Counted from the stretch's first letter, positions 1 to 8,924 are shown. The stretch is DNA of 27,669 nucleotides from Candidatus Thorarchaeota archaeon (GCA_011364905.1 RDNZ01000041.1:1-27669), one strand, 5' to 3'. Numbers and translations are program-made. Notes: generated by a model not told the origin, from the letters alone.

Positions 1-1
1 A

Positions 2-187
2 CTCATGATTGGAGGAAACATCAGAGGTTTAACAAGAGTTCTGACTACCTCAATCGCCCTCGAAACAACCAGAGGCGAGATTGCGCTAGGTCTTGGACTT
101 ACATTAATCCTACTCGCCTTGATTCTCATTGTGAATGCAGGTCTTGGACTATTACGGAAACGGGTTCAGTGGTGGCTATGGGAATAA
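2..187 (+). CDS. tupB: Tungstate ABC transporter permease, C-terminal part (5'-truncated by window)
   Basis: MIGGNIRGLTRVLTTSIALET..G followed by a TM helix matches the TupB-type permease C-terminus. The frame is open to the window edge and overlaps the ATPase start. Confidence 0.85.
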   Translation, partial: LMIGGNIRGLTRVLTTSIALETTRGEIALGLGLTLILLALILIVNAGLGLLRKRVQWWLWE

Positions 188-1251
188 TCCGACTTGAGAA
201 TGTCAGTGTGGACTTCGGCACTGTAAAGGCACTTGATGAGGCCAGTTTCTCGATTAATGAGGGAGAGATGTTCTCAATCATTGGGCCAAATGGGGCAGGA
301 AAGACTACTGCATTAAGAGTCATTGCAGGACTCCTCAAGCAGTCTGAAGGGAACCTCCTATTTCATGAAGAACTCGTTACTGATGCCAATAGGCAGGATC
401 TCAGAAGACAAGCACCAATGGTGTTTCAGAAACCTACTCTATTCAATACAACTCTTTTCAAGAACGTGGCATATGGTCTGAGAATAAGAGGGATTGCAGA
501 GGACGAGGTTAGAAGAACGGTTTTGGAAACTCTTGAGCTAGTCCAAATGACCGACCTGCAACACAGACTGGCCAGAAATCTGTCGGGAGGAGAACAGCGG
601 AGGGCATCACTAGCAATGGCAATCGCGCTCGATACTGAAATGATGTTAGTAGATGAACCAACAGCCTATCTAGATAATGAGAGCGCTGAGATTGTGGAAG
701 CGACTCTAAAGCGAATGAACTCTGAGAGAAACACTACTATCGTGATGGTAACGCATAATTTTCTGCAGGCTGAAGTGTTGGCAAACAGAGCTGCGATGCT
801 TCACCATGGGAAAATATCAAGAGTTGGAACGGTTAGTGAAATCTTCAGATCTGAACTAGAGGGCTTAATGCAAGACGAGTACAAGAGCAATACGTTTTCG
901 GGACTGGCAGAGTCTACAAATGAAATGGATCAACAGAGAAGACTAGTAAATATCGAGCTAGAAAATGGAGTCAAAATAGAAGCTCTTAGTAAGAGAAACG
1001 GAAACGTATCATTGTATATTCCACCACAAGACATCATTGTTTCACGAGAGGTTGTTCTTTCAAGCGCCAGAAACACTCTCAAGGGCAAAGTAGCTGGAAT
1101 CGACATCCGCGAATCGACTGCACTTCTAACAATTGATGTCGGAATCAATCTATTAGTCCAGATCACAAAGACCTCTCTGGAAAGACTCAGTATTACCATT
1201 GGGGACGAGGTCTATGCGACATTTAAAGCATCGTCAGTGAGAGTATTTTGA
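178..1251 (+). CDS. tupC: Tungstate/molybdate ABC transporter ATP-binding subunit with C-terminal TOBE/Mop domain
   Basis: Walker A GPNGAGKT, Q-loop VFQ, signature LSGGEQ, Walker B LVDEPT, H-loop VTHN; C-terminal SSARN...ITKTS...FKASSV TOBE/Mop motif. ATG 178 chosen (GTG 169/172 are alternatives). Confidence 0.85.
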   Translation: MGIIRLENVSVDFGTVKALDEASFSINEGEMFSIIGPNGAGKTTALRVIAGLLKQSEGNLLFHEELVTDANRQDLRRQAPMVFQKPTLFNTTLFKNVAYGLRIRGIAEDEVRRTVLETLELVQMTDLQHRLARNLSGGEQRRASLAMAIALDTEMMLVDEPTAYLDNESAEIVEATLKRMNSERNTTIVMVTHNFLQAEVLANRAAMLHHGKISRVGTVSEIFRSELEGLMQDEYKSNTFSGLAESTNEMDQQRRLVNIELENGVKIEALSKRNGNVSLYIPPQDIIVSREVVLSSARNTLKGKVAGIDIRESTALLTIDVGINLLVQITKTSLERLSITIGDEVYATFKASSVRVF

Positions 1252-1305
1252 GACCGCGCAGAAAGAAACACTCGAGGCGTCTTTCGATATGCTTGACCGA
1301 ACATA

Positions 1306-1316
1306 ACACTTATTAT
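1306..1316 (+). promoter_or_regulatory. Putative archaeal TATA box for the moa operon
   Basis: ACACTTATTAT ends ~26 nt upstream of ATG 1343, a spacing compatible with a leaderless transcript. The same ACACTTATT 9-mer lies 27 nt upstream of the GT2 gene. Confidence 0.4.
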
Positions 1317-1342
1317 TGTCGCGTCGCGATTGGCCACCAGAT

Positions 1343-2335
1343 ATGTCAACTTCCAATTCTGAGCCGCCAGATGCAAAGAGTCAATCTTCAAGGAGCGCAT
1401 CATACGTTGATGAGTATGGAAGACGCATTGATACTCTAAGAATCTCTCTGACCCAGAGATGCTCTTTTTCTTGTTTTTTCTGCCACCATGAGGGTGAGAT
1501 TGGTGTTGGCAATGAGATCAAACTTGATGACATCGAGAAGATAGTGAAACATGCGAGTATGCATGGAATAAGCAAAGTGAAACTCACCGGTGGTGAACCT
1601 CTTCTCAGAAACGACATCCTAGAGATTGTTGAGAGAATATCTCCAATGGTCACTGATCTCTCTATGACAACCAATGGTTTCATGTTGGAAGAAATGGCGT
1701 TTGCTCTAAAACAAGCTGGTCTCTCACGGGTCAATGTCAGTATTCACTCCTTGGACCCAGAGGTCTATTTTCAAATAACTGGCTCTGGAGATCTGGAGAA
1801 AGTGAAGCGAGGGGTCAAGAGAGCGATTGATGTTGGTCTTACACCAGTCAAGGTGAATATGACAGTTCTTGCAGGCTACAACGAGGATAGCATCTGGGAA
1901 ATGATGGAATTTGCAGCGGACCTGGGAGTCACCCTGCAAATCATAGAACTACAGCTAATGCCAGATAATACGCCAAGCCGCCTTGATGACCTCCGGGTGG
2001 ACTTAGGGCCTCTTGTAGAAGAACTGAAGAAAAAAGCCATCAAAATAGAGAAGCGAGATACTCAGAATCGATTGCTGTATACGATTCCACTCGATTCGAA
2101 GAAACACGTGAAGGTAGAGATTGTCAAACCATGGCGTAACAAATCATTCTGTGAAGATTGCACTCGTTTGAGAGTGACATCAGATGGAAAACTCAAGCCT
2201 TGTCTCTATAGGCATGATAATGTTGTGGATGTGTTTCCATGTGACGGGCAACTCGGACAAGAAGAAGCCATCCAGCAGGCATTCAAGCAGTCCGTACTAA
2301 ATAGAGAGCCCTATTGGCGGGATGAAAACCGATAA
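1343..2335 (+). CDS. moaA: GTP 3',8-cyclase (radical SAM)
   Basis: D.YGR...LRISLT, CxxxCxxC (CSFSCFFC), LTGGEP, TTNG, second cluster CEDC..RLR.TSDGKLKPCL, archaeal-type REPYW end. ATG 1343 preferred over TTG 1316. Confidence 0.95.
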   Translation: MSTSNSEPPDAKSQSSRSASYVDEYGRRIDTLRISLTQRCSFSCFFCHHEGEIGVGNEIKLDDIEKIVKHASMHGISKVKLTGGEPLLRNDILEIVERISPMVTDLSMTTNGFMLEEMAFALKQAGLSRVNVSIHSLDPEVYFQITGSGDLEKVKRGVKRAIDVGLTPVKVNMTVLAGYNEDSIWEMMEFAADLGVTLQIIELQLMPDNTPSRLDDLRVDLGPLVEELKKKAIKIEKRDTQNRLLYTIPLDSKKHVKVEIVKPWRNKSFCEDCTRLRVTSDGKLKPCLYRHDNVVDVFPCDGQLGQEEAIQQAFKQSVLNREPYWRDENR

Positions 2336-2742
2336 TGATAGACATTACTCGAGATGATTTTGACATAGACAAAGTGGTTGCAGCTACCAGAACTTCGTCA
2401 ATGGGGTGTCTAGTAATATTCCTTGGAACCGTTAGAGATATGACCAATGGGAAGATGGTCAAGAAGCTTCTATTTGAGGCTGATGAACAGGAAGCAATCG
2501 ATCAGCTTAGGCAGATACGACAAGAGGCAATAGACAAGTTCGGTGTAACAGATGTTTCAATTGTTCATAGAATCGGAACACTTGCAGTTGAAGAGAATAT
2601 AGTAGTCATTGCTGTTGGGGCGGGACATCGGCCTCAAGCGTTCGATGGATGTCGCTATGTAATTGAGCGATTGAAGGAGTTCGTTCATATTTGGAAAAAG
2701 GAAACCACCGATGTAGATGCATATTGGGTTGGTGCGAAGTAA
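2335..2742 (+). CDS. moaE: Molybdopterin synthase catalytic subunit
   Basis: F.GTVR, VHRIG.L, GHRPQAF, IWKKE motifs; TAATG overlap with moaA. Confidence 0.93.
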   Translation: MIDITRDDFDIDKVVAATRTSSMGCLVIFLGTVRDMTNGKMVKKLLFEADEQEAIDQLRQIRQEAIDKFGVTDVSIVHRIGTLAVEENIVVIAVGAGHRPQAFDGCRYVIERLKEFVHIWKKETTDVDAYWVGAK

Positions 2743-2743
2743 G

Positions 2744-3199
2744 TTGGATGAGAGAAAGGATTCAGTTAGAATGGTGGATGTTTCAGAAAAGGATGTCATC
2801 AAGCGCTATGCGGAAGCTTCAGGAGACATAATCCTCAAGGCTAAGACCATCAAGGAAATTCAGGATGGGACCATAAAGAAAGGGAACGTTCTGGCTGTGT
2901 CTGAAACAGCTGGAATTCTTGCCGCCAAGAAAACATCAGAGATAATTCCTCTTTGTCATCAGATACCACTCACCTCAGTAGAGGTGTTTTTCAATCTTAA
3001 CAAGACAGAAGTTCATGCCACATGCCGAGTGTCTGCCAACTACGTTACAGGAGTGGAGATGGAAGCACTCGTTGGAGTGACAACGGCGCTGCTCTCAATT
3101 TGGGACATGGTTAAGTATCTTGAGAAAGACGCTGAGGGGCAATATCCCGACGCAAGACTCGAAAACATCAGAGTCATCGAGAAAAGGAAGGGTGAGTGA
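2744..3199 (+). CDS. moaC: Cyclic pyranopterin monophosphate synthase
   Basis: MVDVSEK, KKG.VL, AAKKT..IIPLCH, TGVEMEAL, WDMVK. Start is TTG 2744 or ATG 2771. Confidence 0.95.
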   Translation: MDERKDSVRMVDVSEKDVIKRYAEASGDIILKAKTIKEIQDGTIKKGNVLAVSETAGILAAKKTSEIIPLCHQIPLTSVEVFFNLNKTEVHATCRVSANYVTGVEMEALVGVTTALLSIWDMVKYLEKDAEGQYPDARLENIRVIEKRKGE

Positions 3200-3700
3200 A
3201 TGAAGGATGAGCATAGACGCGACCAAAAAGTCACTGCAGGCTGTGCTGTGTTAATTGTTAGTGATAGTAGAACAAAAGAAACAGACCGATCAGGAAAGGC
3301 TGCAATTGAACTCCTTGAAAAAGAGGGGCATGTTATCAAAGCCTATGACATCGTGAAGAATGAAAAAAAAGTAATCGAGGAAGCGATGAAAGATTATATT
3401 GAGAATCCAGAAATTAGACTGATTTTGACAAGCGGGGGGACTGGTGTTGGCAATAGGGATAAGACTGTGAACACAGTAGTCCCAATGTTCGACCAAGTTT
3501 TGCCGGGATTCGGAGAGCATTTCCGAAGACTGAGCTACGATGAGATTGGTGTTGCTGGAATCTTCAGTCGTGCGACTGCTGGATTGATAGGTAACAATGT
3601 TGTGTTTTGCCTTCCTGGATCAAAGAATGCAGTAATCACCGCACTGACAAAGGTCATCCTACCTGGAATAGGCCATTTGTTTTGGGAGATAGATAGATGA
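3200..3700 (+). CDS. moaB: MoaB/MogA-family molybdopterin adenylyltransferase-like protein
   Basis: VSDSR...D.SG, SGGTG...RD.T, LPGFGE.FR, SRATAG, CLPGS; GGTGA RBS at 3191-3195. Confidence 0.92.
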   Translation: MKDEHRRDQKVTAGCAVLIVSDSRTKETDRSGKAAIELLEKEGHVIKAYDIVKNEKKVIEEAMKDYIENPEIRLILTSGGTGVGNRDKTVNTVVPMFDQVLPGFGEHFRRLSYDEIGVAGIFSRATAGLIGNNVVFCLPGSKNAVITALTKVILPGIGHLFWEIDR

Positions 3701-4911
3701 AAGAGATGGAACCGTTTAGTCTACTGGTGTCTCACGAAGAAGCAGAAAAAATCATCCTATCAAATACTAAGATAATGGATCGGATAGAGTCCATTGATGT
3801 TGATAGTGCTGTTGGCCGTGTTTTGGCTGAGGATGTTCTAGCAGGTCAGTCAGTTCCACCATTTGATCGTGCCGCAATGGACGGGTATGCTGTAATTGCA
3901 GAGGACACCTTTGGAGCAGATGAGAGGGAGGTTCTCTTAGAAATCGATGGTGTCATTCACGCAGGTGAAGTTTCATCTATCAATGTAACGAGAGGACACT
4001 GCATCCAGATTGCCACAGGCTCGCCAAAACCGGAAGGCGCAGATGCAGTAGTCATGGTGGAGTTCACTGAGAAGAAAAACAAGAAAGTTCTGATCACAAA
4101 ACCTGTGTACCCAGGCGCGAATATTTCCAAACTGGGAGAGGATATTAAGAAAGGAGATGTGGTTCTCAAGAAAGGCACCTTCCTTACTCCCGCAAAGATT
4201 GGCACACTAACAGCCCTTGGAAGAACAAAGACGGAAGTATATCAAAAACCAAGAGTGAGTATAATACCTACCGGGACAGAAATTGTCCAACCCGGACAAC
4301 CTCTCAAACCGGGTCAAATATACGACGTAAACTCATTCACGCTTGAGGCAATTCTAAAGAAGAATGGAGCAGTTGTTCAGCGTCGTCCGGTCATAACAGA
4401 TGACCCCAAGTTATTACGAAGAGGCATTGAGAGCGCCTTGGAATCAGACGTAGTGGTTCTCTCTGGAGGAAGTTCTGTTGGGGAGAGAGACTTACTTGCA
4501 GGGATACTTGAGGATATGGGACAGGTGCTCTTTCATGGTGTGCAGATAAAACCCGGCAAGCCGACCCTGTTCGGACTCATTAACGACAAACCAATCTTTG
4601 GAATGCCTGGGTTCCCAACATCGTGCCTCAGTAATGCACACATCTTCTTGATTCCTGCCATCAGAAGGATGGCTAGACTTCCGAGTGGATCTGAGCGGAC
4701 TGTTATAGCGAAAATGGGCAAGAGGATTGTGTCTTCTTCAGGACGCAAGCAATTCCTGACTGTTCGATTAGAGGGTGGTGTCGCACACCCCGTTTTCAAG
4801 CACTCTGGAGCAATCACAAGCATGGCCCAAGCCGACGGATATATCATGCTACCAGTCAACCTAGATGTGATTGAAGAGGGGCAAGAGGTAGAGGTAGTAA
4901 TTTTGGACTAG
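3697..4911 (+). CDS. moeA: Molybdopterin molybdo/tungstotransferase MoeA
   Basis: GRVLAED, PPFDRAAMDGYA, ATG..P.GADAVVMVE, SGGSSVGERD, IKPGKP, PG.P.S, SGAITS; ATGA overlap with moaB. Confidence 0.95.
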   Translation: MKEMEPFSLLVSHEEAEKIILSNTKIMDRIESIDVDSAVGRVLAEDVLAGQSVPPFDRAAMDGYAVIAEDTFGADEREVLLEIDGVIHAGEVSSINVTRGHCIQIATGSPKPEGADAVVMVEFTEKKNKKVLITKPVYPGANISKLGEDIKKGDVVLKKGTFLTPAKIGTLTALGRTKTEVYQKPRVSIIPTGTEIVQPGQPLKPGQIYDVNSFTLEAILKKNGAVVQRRPVITDDPKLLRRGIESALESDVVVLSGGSSVGERDLLAGILEDMGQVLFHGVQIKPGKPTLFGLINDKPIFGMPGFPTSCLSNAHIFLIPAIRRMARLPSGSERTVIAKMGKRIVSSSGRKQFLTVRLEGGVAHPVFKHSGAITSMAQADGYIMLPVNLDVIEEGQEVEVVILD

Positions 4912-5004
4912 TACACAAGATAACGTTTGACAACCTTTTTCAGGAAAGCAAATTGCGTCTGGAGCATTAGCAAGTGATTTTGATATTCAAACGGGGAACC
5001 GAAG

Positions 5005-6345
5005 ATGGTCACCAGAATTACAGTCATTGGAATGGGTTATGTTGGTATTCCCTGTGCTGCTTTATTGGCGGATGTGCCTGACTTCATGGTAACAGGACTC
5101 CAACGAAGGTCCAAGCGTTCAGGTTGGAAGATTGAGCATCTCAATGCAGGAAAGTCACCCTTTGAGGGTGATGAGCCTGGACTTGATGAGCTCATTGCAA
5201 AGGTAGTCGCCAAGGGAACATTCAAAGTGACCGATGATGTTGAAGTCCTGAAAGAATCCGACATCATTCTAATCGACGTTCAGACACCAACTGATGAGAA
5301 ACATGTTCCTCAGTACGATTCGCTCAAGGAGGTCAGTAGGCAGATAGGAGAGCGAATCAAGAAAGGTACAATGGTTGTAGTCGAATCCACTGTTGCACCT
5401 GGAACAACTCAAAATATTGTTCAGAAGATTATCGAGGAGCACTCGGGCATGAAAGGAGGCGAAGACTTCGATCTTGCTTTTGCCTACGAACGGGTCATGC
5501 CTGGAAAACTGATTCATAATATTGTCAACCTACCAAGAATCGTTGGAGGAATCAATTCCAAGAGTGCAAAGAGAGCTGTGGCAATGTATTCCAAGATTGT
5601 AAAAGCCGCAGTTCATGAGACAGACATCCTCACAGCTGAGGTCTCAAAGACCATTGAGAATGCGTACCGAGATGTGAACATCGCATTCGCCAATGAGATG
5701 GCACTTGTCTGTGAGAGCCTTGGTGTCAATATCTATGAAATCATTACCCTTGTGAACGAACTACCAAGCAGGATGATGCTCATTCCCGGCTCAGGTGTAG
5801 GTGGTCATTGCCTTCCAAAAGACACCTGGCTTCTCCGTCACGGGCTCAACGAGTATGGTTCTCAAAAGATGGAGGCACGCTTCATCTCGCTTGCACGAGA
5901 GATCAATAACCATATGCCAGTCCATATGGCATCCCTCATCGAGGATGTACTTGAGAAGAAGGGAGTCAAAATCCAAGACGCAACAGTGGTAATTCTTGGT
6001 GTTGCATATCTTGAAAACTCGGATGACACAAGAAACACACCTGCATTAACCCTCATCAATACATTAGAAGAAATGGGTGCAAAGGTCGTTCTTCACGACC
6101 CATATGTTCAGACCTGGGATCTTACAACACACGAGATAGTGAGAGACCTCTATGCAGCAGTAAAAGAGGCAGACTGTCTGGTATTGGTCACTCGACATAA
6201 AGACTACAACAATCTGGACTTTGCCAAACTTGGTGAAACTATGAGGACTCGGACTTTTGTAGATGGGCGCAATGTCTACAAGGGTGAGCAGCTGGTCCAA
6301 TATGATTTTGAATACAGAGCAATCGGAAAAGTAGGTCTCAAATAG
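5005..6345 (+). CDS. wecC: Nucleotide-sugar dehydrogenase (UDP-ManNAc/UDP-GlcNAc 6-dehydrogenase, WecC-like)
   Basis: GMGYVG, V.TP, ESTVAPGTT, ERVMPG, K..EN.YRDVNIAFANE, catalytic GVGGHCL, D.RNTP, DGRN. Exact substrate is uncertain. Confidence 0.8.
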   Translation: MVTRITVIGMGYVGIPCAALLADVPDFMVTGLQRRSKRSGWKIEHLNAGKSPFEGDEPGLDELIAKVVAKGTFKVTDDVEVLKESDIILIDVQTPTDEKHVPQYDSLKEVSRQIGERIKKGTMVVVESTVAPGTTQNIVQKIIEEHSGMKGGEDFDLAFAYERVMPGKLIHNIVNLPRIVGGINSKSAKRAVAMYSKIVKAAVHETDILTAEVSKTIENAYRDVNIAFANEMALVCESLGVNIYEIITLVNELPSRMMLIPGSGVGGHCLPKDTWLLRHGLNEYGSQKMEARFISLAREINNHMPVHMASLIEDVLEKKGVKIQDATVVILGVAYLENSDDTRNTPALTLINTLEEMGAKVVLHDPYVQTWDLTTHEIVRDLYAAVKEADCLVLVTRHKDYNNLDFAKLGETMRTRTFVDGRNVYKGEQLVQYDFEYRAIGKVGLK

Positions 6346-6374
6346 CGGACACAATTCCGACCTACCCTGAATCA

Positions 6375-7616
6375 CTATGATCCAAACTTCTCAATGTAGC
6401 CAGAGTATCCCAGAAGCATCGGCATGACATCCATGCCCTTTATTGTGTGAAGAGCCCCATCTGGTGCATCAAACTCAGAGAACCGCTTCACGGAGTCTGC
6501 GCGAATGAAGTCTGACCAGAACACGATTGGGACAGGATCACATTGATGCTCTCCGACAGATACAGCAGTGGTATGGTCCCCGGTGACGGCAATGACAACC
6601 TGGTCAGCGACATCTTCTAGAATCCTGCCCACCATTTCATCGGTCTTTTCAATTGCTTGCACTTTTTCCGCTGCATTTCCATCGTGAGCAGCATTGTCTG
6701 TCGCTTTGATATGAACAAAGACGTAGTTGTAATCCGCCTTGATTGTTTCAATGGCCTTCAATGCAATGTTGTGAAAGTTGGTATCGATGGTACCGGTCTG
6801 TCCTTCCACTGGTATATGCTTCATTCCCACAAACTCTGCAACCCCTATGTAGAGTGCTCCACCAGCCAGGACGGCAGTCTTGATACCATAACGTTGCTTT
6901 AAAGATGGGATATCGGTATGGCGGCCACCACCTCTGAGAAGAATCGCATTCGCAAGGGGAATGCCCTTCTTTGCACGTTCTTTATTCGTTTCAAGATCCT
7001 TCATACGCTCATGTGCCACACGCATGAGCTTGTTGACAATGGCTGCAGTTTTTTCTGCGTCTGGTTTGAGAGCACGGACGGTCAGAATTTTCTTTCCTGT
7101 TTCATGGGGGTCTGCATCACTGATATCAGCAGAGAGACCTTCGCCCTTCAAGATGAGCGCACCTCGGTGTTCTACAGTTGCGATAAACCTCACCTTGACT
7201 CCGTCAATCTCAATTCCATCAAGTGCTGCTTGTAGGTCAGCTTGCTCCTCAGGAGTGAAATCTCTACCTGCTCTACGGTCCAAGACAACCAGATTGGAGT
7301 CGACTGTAGCAAAGTTGGACCGAAATGCTACATCACCAGGTTCCGTTTTTAGACCAGCTCCAAAAGCCTCCAAGGGTCCCCGACCAGGGTATTCAGCTAC
7401 GGGATCATAGCCAAAGAGCGCGAGATGCGCTGTGTCAGAACCCGGAGTAATCCCAGGTCCAATGACATTCATCAGACCGTTTTGGCCGTCTCTTGCAAGT
7501 CTGTCAAATGTGGGGGTCTTCGCAGCTTGAAGGGGTGTCTTTCCACCAAGCTCCTTCAGAGGACGGTCTCCGAGACCATCCATCACAACAAGAACAGCGG
7601 TCTTCTTATCACTCAT
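6375..7616 (-). CDS. apgM: 2,3-bisphosphoglycerate-independent phosphoglycerate mutase (archaeal type)
   Basis: DGLGDRP, KTPL..A.TP, PGSDTAHL (catalytic Ser), GRGP.EA.G, DVAFR.NF, H.K.TD.A.HDG, TGDH.T, H..DPVP. Confidence 0.95.
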   Translation of the reverse strand: MSDKKTAVLVVMDGLGDRPLKELGGKTPLQAAKTPTFDRLARDGQNGLMNVIGPGITPGSDTAHLALFGYDPVAEYPGRGPLEAFGAGLKTEPGDVAFRSNFATVDSNLVVLDRRAGRDFTPEEQADLQAALDGIEIDGVKVRFIATVEHRGALILKGEGLSADISDADPHETGKKILTVRALKPDAEKTAAIVNKLMRVAHERMKDLETNKERAKKGIPLANAILLRGGGRHTDIPSLKQRYGIKTAVLAGGALYIGVAEFVGMKHIPVEGQTGTIDTNFHNIALKAIETIKADYNYVFVHIKATDNAAHDGNAAEKVQAIEKTDEMVGRILEDVADQVVIAVTGDHTTAVSVGEHQCDPVPIVFWSDFIRADSVKRFSEFDAPDGALHTIKGMDVMPMLLGYSGYIEKFGS

Positions 7617-7619
7617 AGA

Positions 7620-8918
7620 TCAATAGTTCCTCCAATCCGTTCTGAACTTGGAGCCGGGATAACCGCACTTTCCATCAAGTAAATCATAGATTTCCAGAAG
7701 GCGATTGTACTTCTCAACACGATCGGTACGAGCTGGAGCTCCTGACTTGAGCTGCCCTGTTCCAAGCGCTACACTGAGGTCTGAGATAAACGTGTCACCA
7801 GTCTCACCGCTCCTATGACTTACAACTACACCCCAACCTGCATCGTTTGCTATTTTTGCTGCTTCTATAGCTTCTGTTACCGATCCAATTTGGTTCACCT
7901 TTAGGAGAAGTGCGTTTCCAGCCTTTTCTTTAATTGCCCGTTTCACAATCTCCGGATTTGACACCGTTAGATCGTCGGTTATAACCTGAATCTTGGTTTC
8001 CTTCACGTATTCTGCGAAGTCGCCAAAGGCCTCTTCATCAAAGGGATCTTCTACAGTCTGAAGCGGAAATGTCCTCTCAAGGTCGAGATACATTTCAAGT
8101 AACTCGGATGCGTCGAGTTTCTTTCCATCAATGGTATACTTGCCTTCCTTGAAGAAAGCACTTGCAGCAGCATCAATACCGAGAACTACATCTCTCCCGG
8201 GGGAGTATCCAGCCTCTTCAACAGCCCCAACAATCTCTTCCAAAGCGTTTTTCGTATGTTTTAGTCCATAACCACAGTATCCACCCTCATCACCGACATG
8301 TTTTGCCATTCGACCATAGCGCTTAATCATTCTCTTCCCAAGGGTGTGATATACCTCACTGATGCAACGTAGTCCCTCAGGATACGTCTTCGCACCGATA
8401 GGCAGAATCTTGAACTCCTGAATAGCAAGCTCGTTACCAGCATGCTCACCTCCGTTAATGACATTGGACAACGGAACGGGTAACAGATATTTCGCATTCT
8501 TTCCAATCACTTTGGTTCTCAGATATTCAAAGAGCTCCATCTTGAGGTGCACTGCTGCCGCCACAGCAGTTGCCATTGAAACCGACAGGATGGCATTAGC
8601 CCCAAGCTTACCCTTGCCCTTGCTGGGGTCTGCCTTTAGAAGTGATTCGTCCACATCCTTCTGTGAGAGAGGATTGACAGAGCCCATAACTTCAGCAAGA
8701 ACAGTGTTGACATTCTTCACTGCATGAGTGACACCTTTTCCACCATACCTTGTACCACCATCTCTCAACTCTACCGCTTCGTGAATACCAGTTGAAGCGC
8801 CACTTGGAACCTTTGCAACCCCAATGACACCATCGGAAAGTGTCACTTTGGTCATCAGGGTAGGATTGCCACGTGAGTCAAGAATCTCAAGTGCTCGTAT
8901 CCTAGTTATCTTCACCAA
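7620..8918 (-). CDS. eno: Enolase
   Basis: EILDSRGNPT, VPSGASTG.HEA.ELRDG, LGANAIL.VS, NGG.HA, QEF, GDEGG, EDPF, DDL, LLKVNQIG, SHRSGET; TTG start with AGGTGA RBS. Confidence 0.97.
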   Translation of the reverse strand: MVKITRIRALEILDSRGNPTLMTKVTLSDGVIGVAKVPSGASTGIHEAVELRDGGTRYGGKGVTHAVKNVNTVLAEVMGSVNPLSQKDVDESLLKADPSKGKGKLGANAILSVSMATAVAAAVHLKMELFEYLRTKVIGKNAKYLLPVPLSNVINGGEHAGNELAIQEFKILPIGAKTYPEGLRCISEVYHTLGKRMIKRYGRMAKHVGDEGGYCGYGLKHTKNALEEIVGAVEEAGYSPGRDVVLGIDAAASAFFKEGKYTIDGKKLDASELLEMYLDLERTFPLQTVEDPFDEEAFGDFAEYVKETKIQVITDDLTVSNPEIVKRAIKEKAGNALLLKVNQIGSVTEAIEAAKIANDAGWGVVVSHRSGETGDTFISDLSVALGTGQLKSGAPARTDRVEKYNRLLEIYDLLDGKCGYPGSKFRTDWRNY

Positions 8919-8924
8919 TTTATC

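Noticed and set aside
1261-1329. Weak hairpin GAAAGA...TCTTTC and TCGCG-T-CGCGA palindrome between tupC and moaA as a Moco/Wco riboswitch or operator
   Set aside because: The 91-nt spacer is too short for the known Moco RNA motif, and the pairing is weak.
3363-3439. A8 and G6 homopolymers in moaB as phase-variation tracts
   Set aside because: They are short, in frame, explained by Glu-Lys-Lys and Gly-Gly codons, and in a housekeeping gene.
3197-7622. Selenocysteine recoding of the in-frame TGA junctions (moaC/moaB, eno/apgM)
   Set aside because: The TGAs fall at normal protein ends rather than Cys-equivalent positions, downstream genes have their own SD, and I saw no convincing SECIS.
7700-8290. 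Enolase deviations (ITDDL for VGDDL, GGYCG for GGFAP, RTDR for RSER) as a sign of altered function
   Set aside because: All metal-binding and catalytic residues are retained, and the gene is coupled to apgM.
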